In this document: positions 28,055 to 37,193 of the stretch, one piece after another
Position numbering within the stretch: the stretch's first letter is position 1
Layout: every line of letters begins with the position of its first letter
IMG/VR virus record: IMGVR_UViG_3300037439_000217
Location: 1,779-65,778 of that record
DNA: 64,000 nt
DNA from: a virus
Lineage: Duplodnaviria > Caudoviricetes
Direction: 5' to 3' (one strand)
Notes under the pieces: generated by a model
The model's input: only the letters and a program-made list of their open reading frames with translations
Told to the model about the DNA's origin: nothing
Database searches by the model: none
Translations under genes and position numbers: made by a program

Positions 28055-29073
28055 GATCTCACCTTAGCCTTTCTCTTGTCGTTCCACGACCCGGGAGGGC
28101 GGTGTCCGCGAAGATCGTTGCCCCAAGACGCCTCCTCGATGATCCTGGCGTAGTCGCGGGCGTAGCGGTGGAAGAACCGACGCCAGTGCTGCGGATGCGG
28201 TACCGCCCCGACCGTCTTACGGACGTCAGGCGCGGAGGCGAGCTGGTCCTGGACGGTCGCCCACGCGTGCTCGCCGAGGGCGACGGTCCTCGGGTACTCG
28301 AAGATCCGCAGGAGCTCGATGACGTCGCCGCTGTCCGGGTCGTTGACGTTCGCCACGCCTACGTCGCCGTTCTCGAGCCACCGCGACTTGATCGACTCGA
28401 GAAGGTACCGGCCGGACGTCCCGACGTGCGGTCCGAACGCGGGAGGCGGCGAGTCGTTCCGCGTGTCGCCGAGCAGCAGGTACCGCGGAAGCGCGGGACC
28501 GGCGTACGACGGGTTGACCGCATACGTCCTGGCGCCTACACCGTCGGTCGTACGCGCGATGCGGACGACCTCGACGGGGTCGTGGTAGCCGGTGCGGGTC
28601 GCGTACTTCGGCAGCCTGGTCCGCGCGAACGCGCGCCGGAACCGTGCCCGCTGCGTTGACACCCGGAACTCGTAGTCGAGGACCGTCTCCTTGTCGCGCT
28701 TGTGAAGCACGTCGAGCAGGGTGTCATAGCCGGCGTCAACGTGAACGGCGAGCGCGCCGCGTGAGGCCAAAAACATCTCGAGGTACGCGAACCCGACCCG
28801 GTCGAGAGCGAGAGACGACCTGCTGAGCATTCCCGGGTAGACCAGCTCGCCGAGGTGCCAGCGGTCGCAGATCACGTGCCGGTCGCCACCGGGACGGTAG
28901 TCCAGCAGAGGATCCATGTACTCGGTGAGGATCGTCGCGCCCTCGGCGGGCGGACCCTTGTGGAGTATCTCAACGGTGGCATCGCGGGTCGACTGACGGA
29001 CGATCTCGTCGGACAGGGACTCCGCAAGCGTCGACTTGCCGGCGCCGTCCGGCCCCTCAAGAATGATCAGCAT
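28051..29073 (-). CDS. dNMP (thymidylate-type) kinase fused to a uracil-DNA-glycosylase-like domain
   Basis: ILEGPDGAGKST and ICDRWHLGELVY; C-terminal LLLGDTRN...SGRYL...VALG...VPHP. Confidence 0.75.
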   Translation of the reverse strand: MLIILEGPDGAGKSTLAESLSDEIVRQSTRDATVEILHKGPPAEGATILTEYMDPLLDYRPGGDRHVICDRWHLGELVYPGMLSRSSLALDRVGFAYLEMFLASRGALAVHVDAGYDTLLDVLHKRDKETVLDYEFRVSTQRARFRRAFARTRLPKYATRTGYHDPVEVVRIARTTDGVGARTYAVNPSYAGPALPRYLLLGDTRNDSPPPAFGPHVGTSGRYLLESIKSRWLENGDVGVANVNDPDSGDVIELLRIFEYPRTVALGEHAWATVQDQLASAPDVRKTVGAVPHPQHWRRFFHRYARDYARIIEEASWGNDLRGHRPPGSWNDKRKAKVRS

Positions 29074-29420
29074 GGTGTCTCCGTTCGTCGTGACATAGTG
29101 CCCACCGCCAGGTCTTCAGGTATCTACGGACCGACTCGCCGACGTTCTTAGCGATCGACTCAGGCGACTGATGCTGCACCTGCTTCGCAGAGACGGTGAT
29201 CGTTATCGTCATCGTCTCGTTGTCGTCGAACACAGAGATCCTCACAGCAGGCTCCACAGGTACAAGACGCCGAGCAGCAGCACGAGCAGGATCGCGACGA
29301 TGAACGCCAAGACCACACCGACCAGTAAGGTCACGAACACGTATCCTACCAGCCGGGCGATCGGTCCAGGTTCACGCCGGCGGAACGGGTTCGGCGGGCT
29401 AGGAAGGGTCGAGTGCTCGT

Positions 29421-29789
29421 TCACATCAGCCTCTGGATCGTGGTCCACGCCTCGTTGCCGGCCGCGTCGAGCTGGTCGCGCAGCGGGATCATCTCGTCTG
29501 ACAACAGCTGCTCGTTGATCACGTCGCGGTAGTCGTTGTGCACCTCGCCGATGTGCGTCTCGATGCCGATCATCTGCAGGATGATCACCGGCGGAACCTC
29601 GATCCACGGTATCTCGTGATCGGCGACCGCACGTGCCGCGTCGGCGATACTGGCGACGGCGCCGCACCTGTCGGTCAGCCGCTCGCGTCCCTGCTCTTCA
29701 CACCTGCGGTCCACCCCCTCAAAGAGAGCGCGCAGGAACGCGCCAAGCGTGCTGCCGGTCCGCTGCAGGAGTCCGGAGTCGTCGCTCAT
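29421..29789 (-). CDS. hypothetical protein
   Basis: SD GGAGGA; coupled to its neighbour. Confidence 0.5.
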   Translation of the reverse strand: MSDDSGLLQRTGSTLGAFLRALFEGVDRRCEEQGRERLTDRCGAVASIADAARAVADHEIPWIEVPPVIILQMIGIETHIGEVHNDYRDVINEQLLSDEMIPLRDQLDAAGNEAWTTIQRLM

Positions 29790-30292
29790 GTCCTCGTATC
29801 CTCCTTCATCGAGACGTCAATCGTAGCGCCTCCGACGTCCTCCCAGGGCGTAAAGCGAACCTTGACCAACCGCCGAACGGGAACGATCTCGTCGCCGCCG
29901 TGCCCGATCCGACGGCACGTGGCAGCGCGCGCCATCGCGTCGTCGAGCGTGCCGTACACCGGGTGCGGATCGTGAGAGCCGTTCTTGGGGCACCGCACGG
30001 AGAACTCCTCGTACTGCTCGGACGGCTCGGCGCGGGCGTCGCGTGTCATCACGGCCTCCCGGGCCGGTGCTCGCGGCACGTCGGCAACTTGCCGTCGCGC
30101 CTCTGGCCGCAGAGCGGGATCCTGCAGACGCCAAGGCTCTTGGAGAGCCGCTCGTGCTCGTCCCAGGCCAGCTCCTCGTCCTCGTCGGTGCCGGTTGCGC
30201 GTACCCTGCGCCAGGCCTCCGCCGCCGACCTGAGGTCGGCGACGGAGCTCGTGGTCGTATCGTTCATCCTCTTCTCCTCGTGTTCGCCGTTC

Positions 30293-31129
30293 CTAGTGCG
30301 GCGTCGGGAACTTGTCGGGGTTGGCGCCGCCCGGCTTGAACCGCAGGATCCGCAGCTCCTTGCCGTCGCGGTACGCGTTCCACGCCTTGATGAACCACGC
30401 CAGTACGACGCGGTCGTTGAGGCGACCGACGGTAGGCTGCCGCTGGGCGTTCTGCAGCTGCTTCCGCAGCGTCAGGATCGGGCTGCCGTCCGGCAGGTCG
30501 GCGCCGTCAGTGAACCGCGCGAAGAAGGTCTCCGCGTCGCTCACGGCGTCCTCGTCCCCGAGCCGCGCGAACACCCACATGCACAGTGCGATGATCGACT
30601 GCGGGGCAAGCTTGCCGCCGGTCCGGTAGACGGCCTCGGACACGTCGCGGATCGAGCGAAGCTCCGGGTACCTCTGCAGCACCGCGTCCAGCTGCGGCGT
30701 CGTCGCGTACGGGTTCCGGCGGTCGGGCGTCTCGTTGGTGTTCTCCTTCTCCCACATCCAGACGCGCTTGACCAGCGCCGCGAGGCTGATCACCTCGTGC
30801 TCGCCGCGGAGGGCGAGGGTGTCGGCGTACGACCGCCGCATGCCGGTGTCGATCGTCGACTGCGCGTCGTCGGGCACCCCGTATGCGACCAGCATCTCGA
30901 CGGGAATGTCCGCCTGGACGATCGCCCAGAGGCGGTGCTGCCCGTCCTTGAGCCTCCCGTCGAGACCGAACTTGATCGTCTCGCCGTTGAGCCCGTTCCA
31001 CGCGTCGTTCCGCATGTCCTCGGCGAACGCCTCGACGGTGCGGTCACGCAGGTGCCGGTTGATCTCGTTCCGCTCGAGAAGCTCGGCGGCGCGCTTCGGC
31101 GTGATCTTCTCTGTGACAACGTGGACCAC
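30293..31129 (-). CDS. ParB-N/DGQHR-domain protein
   Basis: ITPKRAAELLERN..NR...NGETIKF...LKDGQHRLWA...IDTG; SD GGAGGA. Confidence 0.7.
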   Translation of the reverse strand: MVHVVTEKITPKRAAELLERNEINRHLRDRTVEAFAEDMRNDAWNGLNGETIKFGLDGRLKDGQHRLWAIVQADIPVEMLVAYGVPDDAQSTIDTGMRRSYADTLALRGEHEVISLAALVKRVWMWEKENTNETPDRRNPYATTPQLDAVLQRYPELRSIRDVSEAVYRTGGKLAPQSIIALCMWVFARLGDEDAVSDAETFFARFTDGADLPDGSPILTLRKQLQNAQRQPTVGRLNDRVVLAWFIKAWNAYRDGKELRILRFKPGGANPDKFPTPH

Positions 31130-31202
31130 GTGATCATCCTCCTGAGTCGTTTCCTCGTGGTCTGACGATCGCACTATATCAGGCGATGCGACATAAGCGT
31201 GG

Positions 31203-31658
31203 CTAACCCTCCTCGGCGTCCCAGCGGGCGAACACCTCGTCGAGGGCGGGGTCCCGCTCGGAGGCCTCCTCGAGGGCGTCCGCGTTGGGCTGCGGCAGCT
31301 CGAGACGGTCCGGGTCGCCGCCGACGTTCCGAGGCGGTTTGATCAGCAGGGTGTCGAGCACGCCCTCCGCGGATGCGGTCCAGACGGTCTTCACGCGGTC
31401 GGTCTCGCCCGGCAGGACGGACCTCCCGATCATGCTGATCACGTACTGCCTGTCATCCGCGGACCAGAAGATCTTGGTCTCCGTCCAGCGGCAGCCCGAG
31501 CACCGGACGCCGGGAGCGGGCGGCCTGTCGGGCGGGTGCAGGTGGCCGTCGCGCCGGCTCGTCCCCGACCCGAGCAGCGCACCGACGAACGTCTGTGTGG
31601 CGCGGTGCGTGGTCCGGACGGTCACCGGCGAGTACGTAGCCGTCGTCGGTTCCGTCAT
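31203..31658 (-). CDS. hypothetical protein
   Basis: SD AGGAGGA; CSGCRWTE motif. Confidence 0.6.
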   Translation of the reverse strand: MTEPTTATYSPVTVRTTHRATQTFVGALLGSGTSRRDGHLHPPDRPPAPGVRCSGCRWTETKIFWSADDRQYVISMIGRSVLPGETDRVKTVWTASAEGVLDTLLIKPPRNVGGDPDRLELPQPNADALEEASERDPALDEVFARWDAEEG

Positions 31659-31797
31659 CGTTCCTCCTGTCGTCAAGGTCGTTCGGCGAACGGCGCCCCG
31701 GCCTAGGCCAGGTTGATTGAATAGTACCACGTCCTACGAGGAACCGAGGAGGGAAGCCGTGATTCCACGACCAAGTCGGCCCGCCGGACGCCGCTAG

Positions 31798-34389
31798 ATG
31801 TCGGGCGCGTACGCGCACGCCGCGAAGGCGTACAACGATCGGCACTGGCCCGCTCCGCTGCCGATCCGGGACAAGAAGGACCCGAGCAAGGCCGGCAAGA
31901 ACGTCCCGCCGAAGGGCTACTCCGGGCGCCACGGCGAGGACCCGTCCCGGCTGCAGATCGAGCAGTGGGCGGAGGAGCTCGGCCACCTCAACATAGGACT
32001 AAGGCTGCCGCGCGGTGTCATCGGCATCGACGTGGACGCCCGGGACGGCGGCGGCGACACCCTCGACGAGCTGATCGCCGTCGTGCTCGCGACCGCCGAT
32101 CCGGGTGAGGACGGCAGGCTGCCGGAGACCTACATCTCGACCGCCCGCACGGACGGCGTGTCCGGGATCAGGCTCTTCAGGGTGGACCCGAACCTGACGT
32201 GGCGGGACCCGGGACCGGGCGTCCAGATCATCCGGCACGACCACCGGTTCGCCGTCGTCTGGCCGTCGATCCACCCGGAGCTCGCCCGACGCTACGAGTG
32301 GTACCTCGGGCGGGACCCGGTGCCCGGCACGATGCTGATGCCGGGACCGTCCGGCGCGCTGGACATACCGGACCTCGAGGAGATACCGTGGCTGCCCAAC
32401 CCCTGGGTGAGCGTGCTGCAGACCGCGGCGGCGACGCGGCGACTAAAGCGATCGCGCGACGACGACGACAGGGTGGGGGAGCGAGCCGCAGACGGCACGC
32501 ACGTCGACCGCGACAAGATCGTCGCCGGTGACACGTCGGACTACTCCTGCCAGCGGGACGCGCTAATCTCGCTGATGGCGTCCCTCTGGGCGGCCAACAC
32601 GCCGATCGACGAGGTCAAGGAGACGTGCTGGACCGCGGCGCAGAGATTTCGCGAGCTCCGCCACGACGACCCCTGGCGGCGCCACCACATCGAGGAGCTC
32701 GTGGACGACTGGACCGGCAGGCACAGGCCGGGGTCGTCGCCGCGCGAGCCAGAGAGCTCGGACCTCCAGGACTGGGCCAAGCAGCAGGCGGCGAACGTCA
32801 AGGAGGCGAATGCCAAGGAGGCGAAGGTCCGCGAGATCCGGCCCGGCGCGCAGAGTCAGCCTCCCGTCGAGCAGCGACCGGCGCCGCCAGACGTCACGCC
32901 AGAGCACGACGACGGTGACGCCGGTAGGCAACCACCGACCGCGGACGTGGTCGTCGTCAGGGGTCCTGAGGAGCTTCGCGAGCTCCGGACGGACCTGGGC
33001 AACGCGCAGCGCCTGGCGCGCGTCCTGGATGTCCGCCACGTGAAGGGCCTCGGGTGGTTCGTCCCGCTCGGCGACGGCACCTACGAGTTCGACTCGCGGG
33101 ACCGGATCGTCGACCTGTTCAAGACCGTGATCCTGGACATCCGGCACCACGCGCAGACGGTGACGGACACCGACGAGCGAGACCGCTGGGCGCGGTGGGC
33201 GATCGAGTGCGAGAGCGCCGGCCGCATCGACGCGGCGATCAGGCTCTCCCGCGCGGAGCCCGGGGTCGCGATCACCGTGGACGACCTCAACACGAACCCG
33301 CTGCTGCTGGCCACCCGGTCCGGGATCGTCGACCTGACCACCCGGGGGCTCGCCAGGGACGTGACGGACGTCTGCACACAGCGGGCGGGCGTCGCGTTCG
33401 ACCCCGCCGCGGGGTGCCCGGCCTGGCTGCAGCACATCGCGTTCGTGTCGACCCGGTCGGACGGGCAGCCGGACCCGGCGCTCGCCGCGTACCTGCAGCG
33501 CTGGGCGGGGTACACGATCACCGGGCTGGTCTCCGAGCAGAAGTTCGCCTTCCTGTATGGCGGCGGCAGCAACGGGAAGAACGTCTTCGTCGAGACGATC
33601 ATGAAGGTGCTCGGCACGTACGCGCGGTACGGCTCGGCGCAGCTGCTCAGCGGCAGGGGCAACGAGCACGAGACCATCATCGCGGACCTGGCCGGACCGC
33701 GCATGGTCTTCATAGACGAGACGCCGTCGGGCCGGGTCAACGAGGCCCGCCTGAAGAAGCTCACCGGCACCGGCAAGGTCACCGCCCGACGGATCGCCCG
33801 GGACCCGTTCGAGTTCACCGTCCGCTGCAAGATCTGGATCGCCGGGAACAATAAGCCACGCATCGCGGAGACCAGCGACGGCATGTGGCGCCGGCTGGCG
33901 CTGGTCCCGTTCGACAACGTGATCCCGGCGGACAGGCGGGTCCGGGACTACGCGGACGTGCTGGTCGCAACGGAGGGACCGGGCATCCTCAACTGGTGCC
34001 TGGAGGGCGTCCGCGGGTACCTCGAGCTGAACGACCTCGGCGCGCCGGACCGGGTCACGGCCGCCACGGACGTGTACCGGGTGGAGGAAGATCCGTTCGG
34101 GATGTTCGCCGCGGAGACGTTCGCGGTCGGCTCGTCCGAGCGGGCGTGGCACCCCAACAAGCTGATCATCGGCGCGTACCGAGAGTGGTGCCAGGAGAAC
34201 GGCCTGGACCACCCGAAGGGGATGCGGTCGATCACCAACGACCTGCACCGGCTCGGGTTCGATCGGGACGACACACCGCGGCGAGTGCTCTGGTACATGC
34301 AGGGTTCGAAGATCGAGCGTGGGTGGTTCGGGCCGCCGCTGCTCGCCGAGGCGCCGGTGCAGCTGCAGTGGTCGGCGCCGTCAGTGTAA
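31798..34389 (+). CDS. primase-polymerase (bifunctional Prim-Pol) fused to D5-like SF3 helicase
   Basis: NIGLRL...IGIDVD, helical PriCT-like region, TDLGNAQRL, Walker A GGGSNGKN, Walker B VFIDE, and WRRL. Confidence 0.92.
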   Translation: MSGAYAHAAKAYNDRHWPAPLPIRDKKDPSKAGKNVPPKGYSGRHGEDPSRLQIEQWAEELGHLNIGLRLPRGVIGIDVDARDGGGDTLDELIAVVLATADPGEDGRLPETYISTARTDGVSGIRLFRVDPNLTWRDPGPGVQIIRHDHRFAVVWPSIHPELARRYEWYLGRDPVPGTMLMPGPSGALDIPDLEEIPWLPNPWVSVLQTAAATRRLKRSRDDDDRVGERAADGTHVDRDKIVAGDTSDYSCQRDALISLMASLWAANTPIDEVKETCWTAAQRFRELRHDDPWRRHHIEELVDDWTGRHRPGSSPREPESSDLQDWAKQQAANVKEANAKEAKVREIRPGAQSQPPVEQRPAPPDVTPEHDDGDAGRQPPTADVVVVRGPEELRELRTDLGNAQRLARVLDVRHVKGLGWFVPLGDGTYEFDSRDRIVDLFKTVILDIRHHAQTVTDTDERDRWARWAIECESAGRIDAAIRLSRAEPGVAITVDDLNTNPLLLATRSGIVDLTTRGLARDVTDVCTQRAGVAFDPAAGCPAWLQHIAFVSTRSDGQPDPALAAYLQRWAGYTITGLVSEQKFAFLYGGGSNGKNVFVETIMKVLGTYARYGSAQLLSGRGNEHETIIADLAGPRMVFIDETPSGRVNEARLKKLTGTGKVTARRIARDPFEFTVRCKIWIAGNNKPRIAETSDGMWRRLALVPFDNVIPADRRVRDYADVLVATEGPGILNWCLEGVRGYLELNDLGAPDRVTAATDVYRVEEDPFGMFAAETFAVGSSERAWHPNKLIIGAYREWCQENGLDHPKGMRSITNDLHRLGFDRDDTPRRVLWYMQGSKIERGWFGPPLLAEAPVQLQWSAPSV

Positions 34390-34696
34390 CTCTGTAACGG
34401 GTTGTGTAACGCCTTGTGTAACAGGAAAGTCGCAGGTCAGAGACTATAACGATGATCAATGTTACAATGTTACAGTAGTTTTGTGGTTACGCGCGTACAG
34501 ATAGAGAAACGAACGCGACGCACCGCGTGCGTTTCCTTGATCGTCAAACGATCGAACAGACGTACACAGCCCTCGCGCGCGCAGGAGGGAATACCACAGT
34601 GATTGTAACAAGTGTAACACGATCAAGGAAGCAGCGCCCTGACCTGCGACTTCGCCGTTACAATTCGAGTTACGGTCGCGAGGCCCAAAGTGTAAC
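34385..34696. repeat. TGTAAC/GTTACA iteron-like cluster with a 14-bp inverted repeat; candidate replication origin
   Basis: About 10 TGTAAC/GTTACA copies; AAGTCGCAGGTCAG (34427-34440) is inverted with CTGACCTGCGACTT (34639-34652). Confidence 0.6.
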
Positions 34697-34844
34697 AACC
34701 GCCCAGCCTCGTGGCGGAACCCGCCCCGGAAACTCCTCGCCCGGGGTACAAAAGCGACAAAAGCGACGCACGGGGGACCTGTGTGTCCTTCCCAGGAGGA
34801 AAAAAGCGTTGCATATGCAACGATGACTTTGCCTTTACACGCCT

Positions 34845-35186
34845 GTGAGGCTCACGGTTGACTTCTGAGCGTGAGGCTCACGTGAGGCTCACGGTTACCT
34901 CGTGAGGCTCACGGTTGGAGCCGTGAGGCTCACGGTTACCTCAACACGCCTGTGAGGCTCACGGTTACCTCGTGAGGCAACGTGAGGCTCACGGTTACCT
35001 CGTGAGGCTCACGGCGAGGCGATGCGGCGTGAGGCTCACGGTTCCCCTGGGTGGAGACAACGTGAGGCTCACGGTCTCACACGGGTGTGAGGCTCACGGT
35101 CAATGTTAGTGACCCAACGTGAGGCTCACGGTCGTGCGGCGTGAGGCTCACGGCGAAGCAGCGTGAGGCTCACGGTTGGCCTCACG
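34845..35186. repeat. array of 14 near-palindromic GTGAGGCTCAC units with irregular short spacers
   Basis: Copies at 34845, 34871, 34882, 34902, 34923, 34952, 34982, 35002, 35029, 35062, 35087, 35119, 35141 and 35163. Confidence 0.95.
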
Positions 35187-35271
35187 AGATGATTCGTGGA
35201 CAAACCGAACATTAGTCACATGTGATATAATGGACGTAGAAGTCGCAACCCGGACAGAGGAGGATAAGAGG

Positions 35272-35487
35272 ATGAAGATGGCCTACGACAGCGAGCGGGT
35301 GCTCGCGAACGCGCACGACCGCGGGCACGGCTGGGCGACCACGACCGTCGAGCTGAAGGACGGGGAGACGGCCTGGAACCCGGCCAGCACCAAGTCCGCG
35401 ATCACCGGTCCCGCCCACCTGGAGTACGACATCGCGCCGGACGGCGGCGTCGTTCTTACGATTGACGCTCCTCGGATCGGCGTCTGA
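35272..35487 (+). CDS. hypothetical protein
   Basis: TGA-TATAAT at 35223-35231 and SD GAGGA upstream; sits between the two repeat arrays. Confidence 0.6.
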   Translation: MKMAYDSERVLANAHDRGHGWATTTVELKDGETAWNPASTKSAITGPAHLEYDIAPDGGVVLTIDAPRIGV

Positions 35488-35501
35488 CCGGTCTGCCTCA
35501 C

Positions 35502-35605
35502 GGGCACCTCGGGCACCTCGGGCACCTGGGTACCTCGGGCACCTCGGGCACCTGGGTACCTCGGGCACCTCGGGCACCTGGGTACCTCGGGCACCTGGGT
35601 ACCTC
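35502..35605. repeat. tandem array of 12 GGG(C/T)ACCT(C) units with a 26-bp higher-order period
   Basis: GGGCACCTC-GGGCACCT-GGGTACCTC x3 at 35511-35588, plus flanking units. Confidence 0.95.
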
Positions 35606-35664
35606 ACGTGATCGTATGCTATCGTGGTCCGCGACCCAAGACTCTCGATGAGATGAGGAAGCTA

Positions 35665-35823
35665 ATGTATGAAGGTGCAGCGGTGCCTACAGGCGTTGCA
35701 GCAGGTGTCGCCGTCGGTTACGAGCTCGGTGCGACGTGGTTGGTGGCGGGCGGTATCGCGGTTGTTTTGCTCACTGTCTTAGGTGTGCGGATCTGGAAGC
35801 GGCTGCAGCATCGTGCAGCGTAA
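35665..35823 (+). CDS. small single-pass membrane peptide
   Basis: MYEGAAVPTG...WLVAGGIAVVLLTVLGVRIWKR; overlaps the GT2 start. Confidence 0.55.
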   Translation: MYEGAAVPTGVAAGVAVGYELGATWLVAGGIAVVLLTVLGVRIWKRLQHRAA

Positions 35824-37096
35824 TAGGCACGCACACATCGCAATCCTGGCTGCCGTTCTGGCAGCACTCGCCATTGTCACGACGGTTGTGCACGTATTCG
35901 CACGTAGTCCCGTACTGATCGGTTACTGGTGGGTCGGCGCTTTGGTGATCGCGATCTGTCTTATCACATTCGTCAAGGGGCGCAGGTACACGCACTTGCC
36001 GCCGGCGCAGGGACGCGTACTGGCGATCATCCCGGCGTACAACGAGGATCCGGAGGCACTGCGGATCTGCGTTCAGTCCATGCTGGATCAGACGCGGCCG
36101 CCTGATGCGATCATTGTCGTGGACGACGGTTCGGCCGTTCCGGTGATCCCCTCGATCGACGACGAACGTGTGCACTGGATCTACCAGGAGAACACGGGTA
36201 AGCGTGGTGCCCAGGTCGCGGCGCTGCGCCTCGCTCACCGCGACGATTGGGAGTTCATCCTCACCGTGGACAGCGATTCAGAGCTGCTGCCGACCGCGCT
36301 GGAGGAGCTGCTGCGGGCGATGTCCGTTTCCACGGTGCACGCCGCCACCGGTATGATCTATGTGCGGAACTACACGGACAACCTGCTGGTCCGCGCGGCC
36401 GACATCGACATCGGCTCCAGCTGCGTGATGATGCGTGCTTCGAGGTCGATGCTCGGTGCGCTGGAGACGACCTCGGGTGCGCTGGCCCTTTACCGCAGTG
36501 CTCTGCTGTTCGATCATCTCGACGCCTACGCCGTCGAATGCGGTACCGGCGATGACCGTTGGCTCGCGCTGCGTGCGCTCGAGCGCGGTGAGGTCGTCGC
36601 GGTCGCCGAGGCGCTGGTCCGCACGGACATGCCGACGACCGTCCGCGGTACATTCAAGCAGCGGCTGCGCTGGTCGCGGTCGTGGTTCTGGATGATCCCT
36701 TATGTACTGACCCGGCTGTCGGGCAAGCAGATCATTTCGCCCGTTCTCGGTATGATCCAGCTTGTCGTGACACCGCTGCTTGTGGGGTGGCTCGCACTGG
36801 TGACGGCCCTTGATCCCGGCGCACGGCTCGCGCGTTGGCACGTACTTGTGCTGTATGTCGGTGCCTACCTCGTCGTGCGGTTCGCGGTTGCAGGCATGTA
36901 CCTGGTCGATCGGGTTGACATGCCGCGTCGTCAGAAGCTGATCTCTTGGCTGATCGGTACCCCGGCGTCGATCCTCCTTAACGTGGGGCTGTTGACGCCG
37001 ACACGGTACTACTCGCTCACCCAGCTTGGGAATACACAGTGGGCGAACCGCGATGTGGGATTGAGACGTGGGCGGTACAAGGTCATGTCGACCTAG
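35813..37096 (+). CDS. processive membrane GT2 (hyaluronan/chitin synthase, NodC-like)
   Basis: IIPAYNE, VDDGS, VDSDS, GDDRWL and QRLRW (D,D,D,QxxRW), with flanking transmembrane helices. Confidence 0.9.
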   Translation: MQRNRHAHIAILAAVLAALAIVTTVVHVFARSPVLIGYWWVGALVIAICLITFVKGRRYTHLPPAQGRVLAIIPAYNEDPEALRICVQSMLDQTRPPDAIIVVDDGSAVPVIPSIDDERVHWIYQENTGKRGAQVAALRLAHRDDWEFILTVDSDSELLPTALEELLRAMSVSTVHAATGMIYVRNYTDNLLVRAADIDIGSSCVMMRASRSMLGALETTSGALALYRSALLFDHLDAYAVECGTGDDRWLALRALERGEVVAVAEALVRTDMPTTVRGTFKQRLRWSRSWFWMIPYVLTRLSGKQIISPVLGMIQLVVTPLLVGWLALVTALDPGARLARWHVLVLYVGAYLVVRFAVAGMYLVDRVDMPRRQKLISWLIGTPASILLNVGLLTPTRYYSLTQLGNTQWANRDVGLRRGRYKVMST

Positions 37097-37193
37097 TGCG
37101 GCGCTAGGCTCGTCTCCTGATCCTACCTCGATAGCACCGCCGGTGTGCTATGCTGATCGTAAGAAGGGCGGGCGAGGGATAGGGGGCCGGACA

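Noticed and set aside
1-31000. Apparent excess of GATC/CGATCG words (HIP1-like)
   Set aside because: This is a visual impression only. It needs a codon-aware k-mer count, and Ile/Asp/Arg codon usage may explain it.
34845-35186. CRISPR array
   Set aside because: The repeat is only 11-13 bp, spacers are 0-22 nt, irregular and partly repeated, and there is no cas operon.
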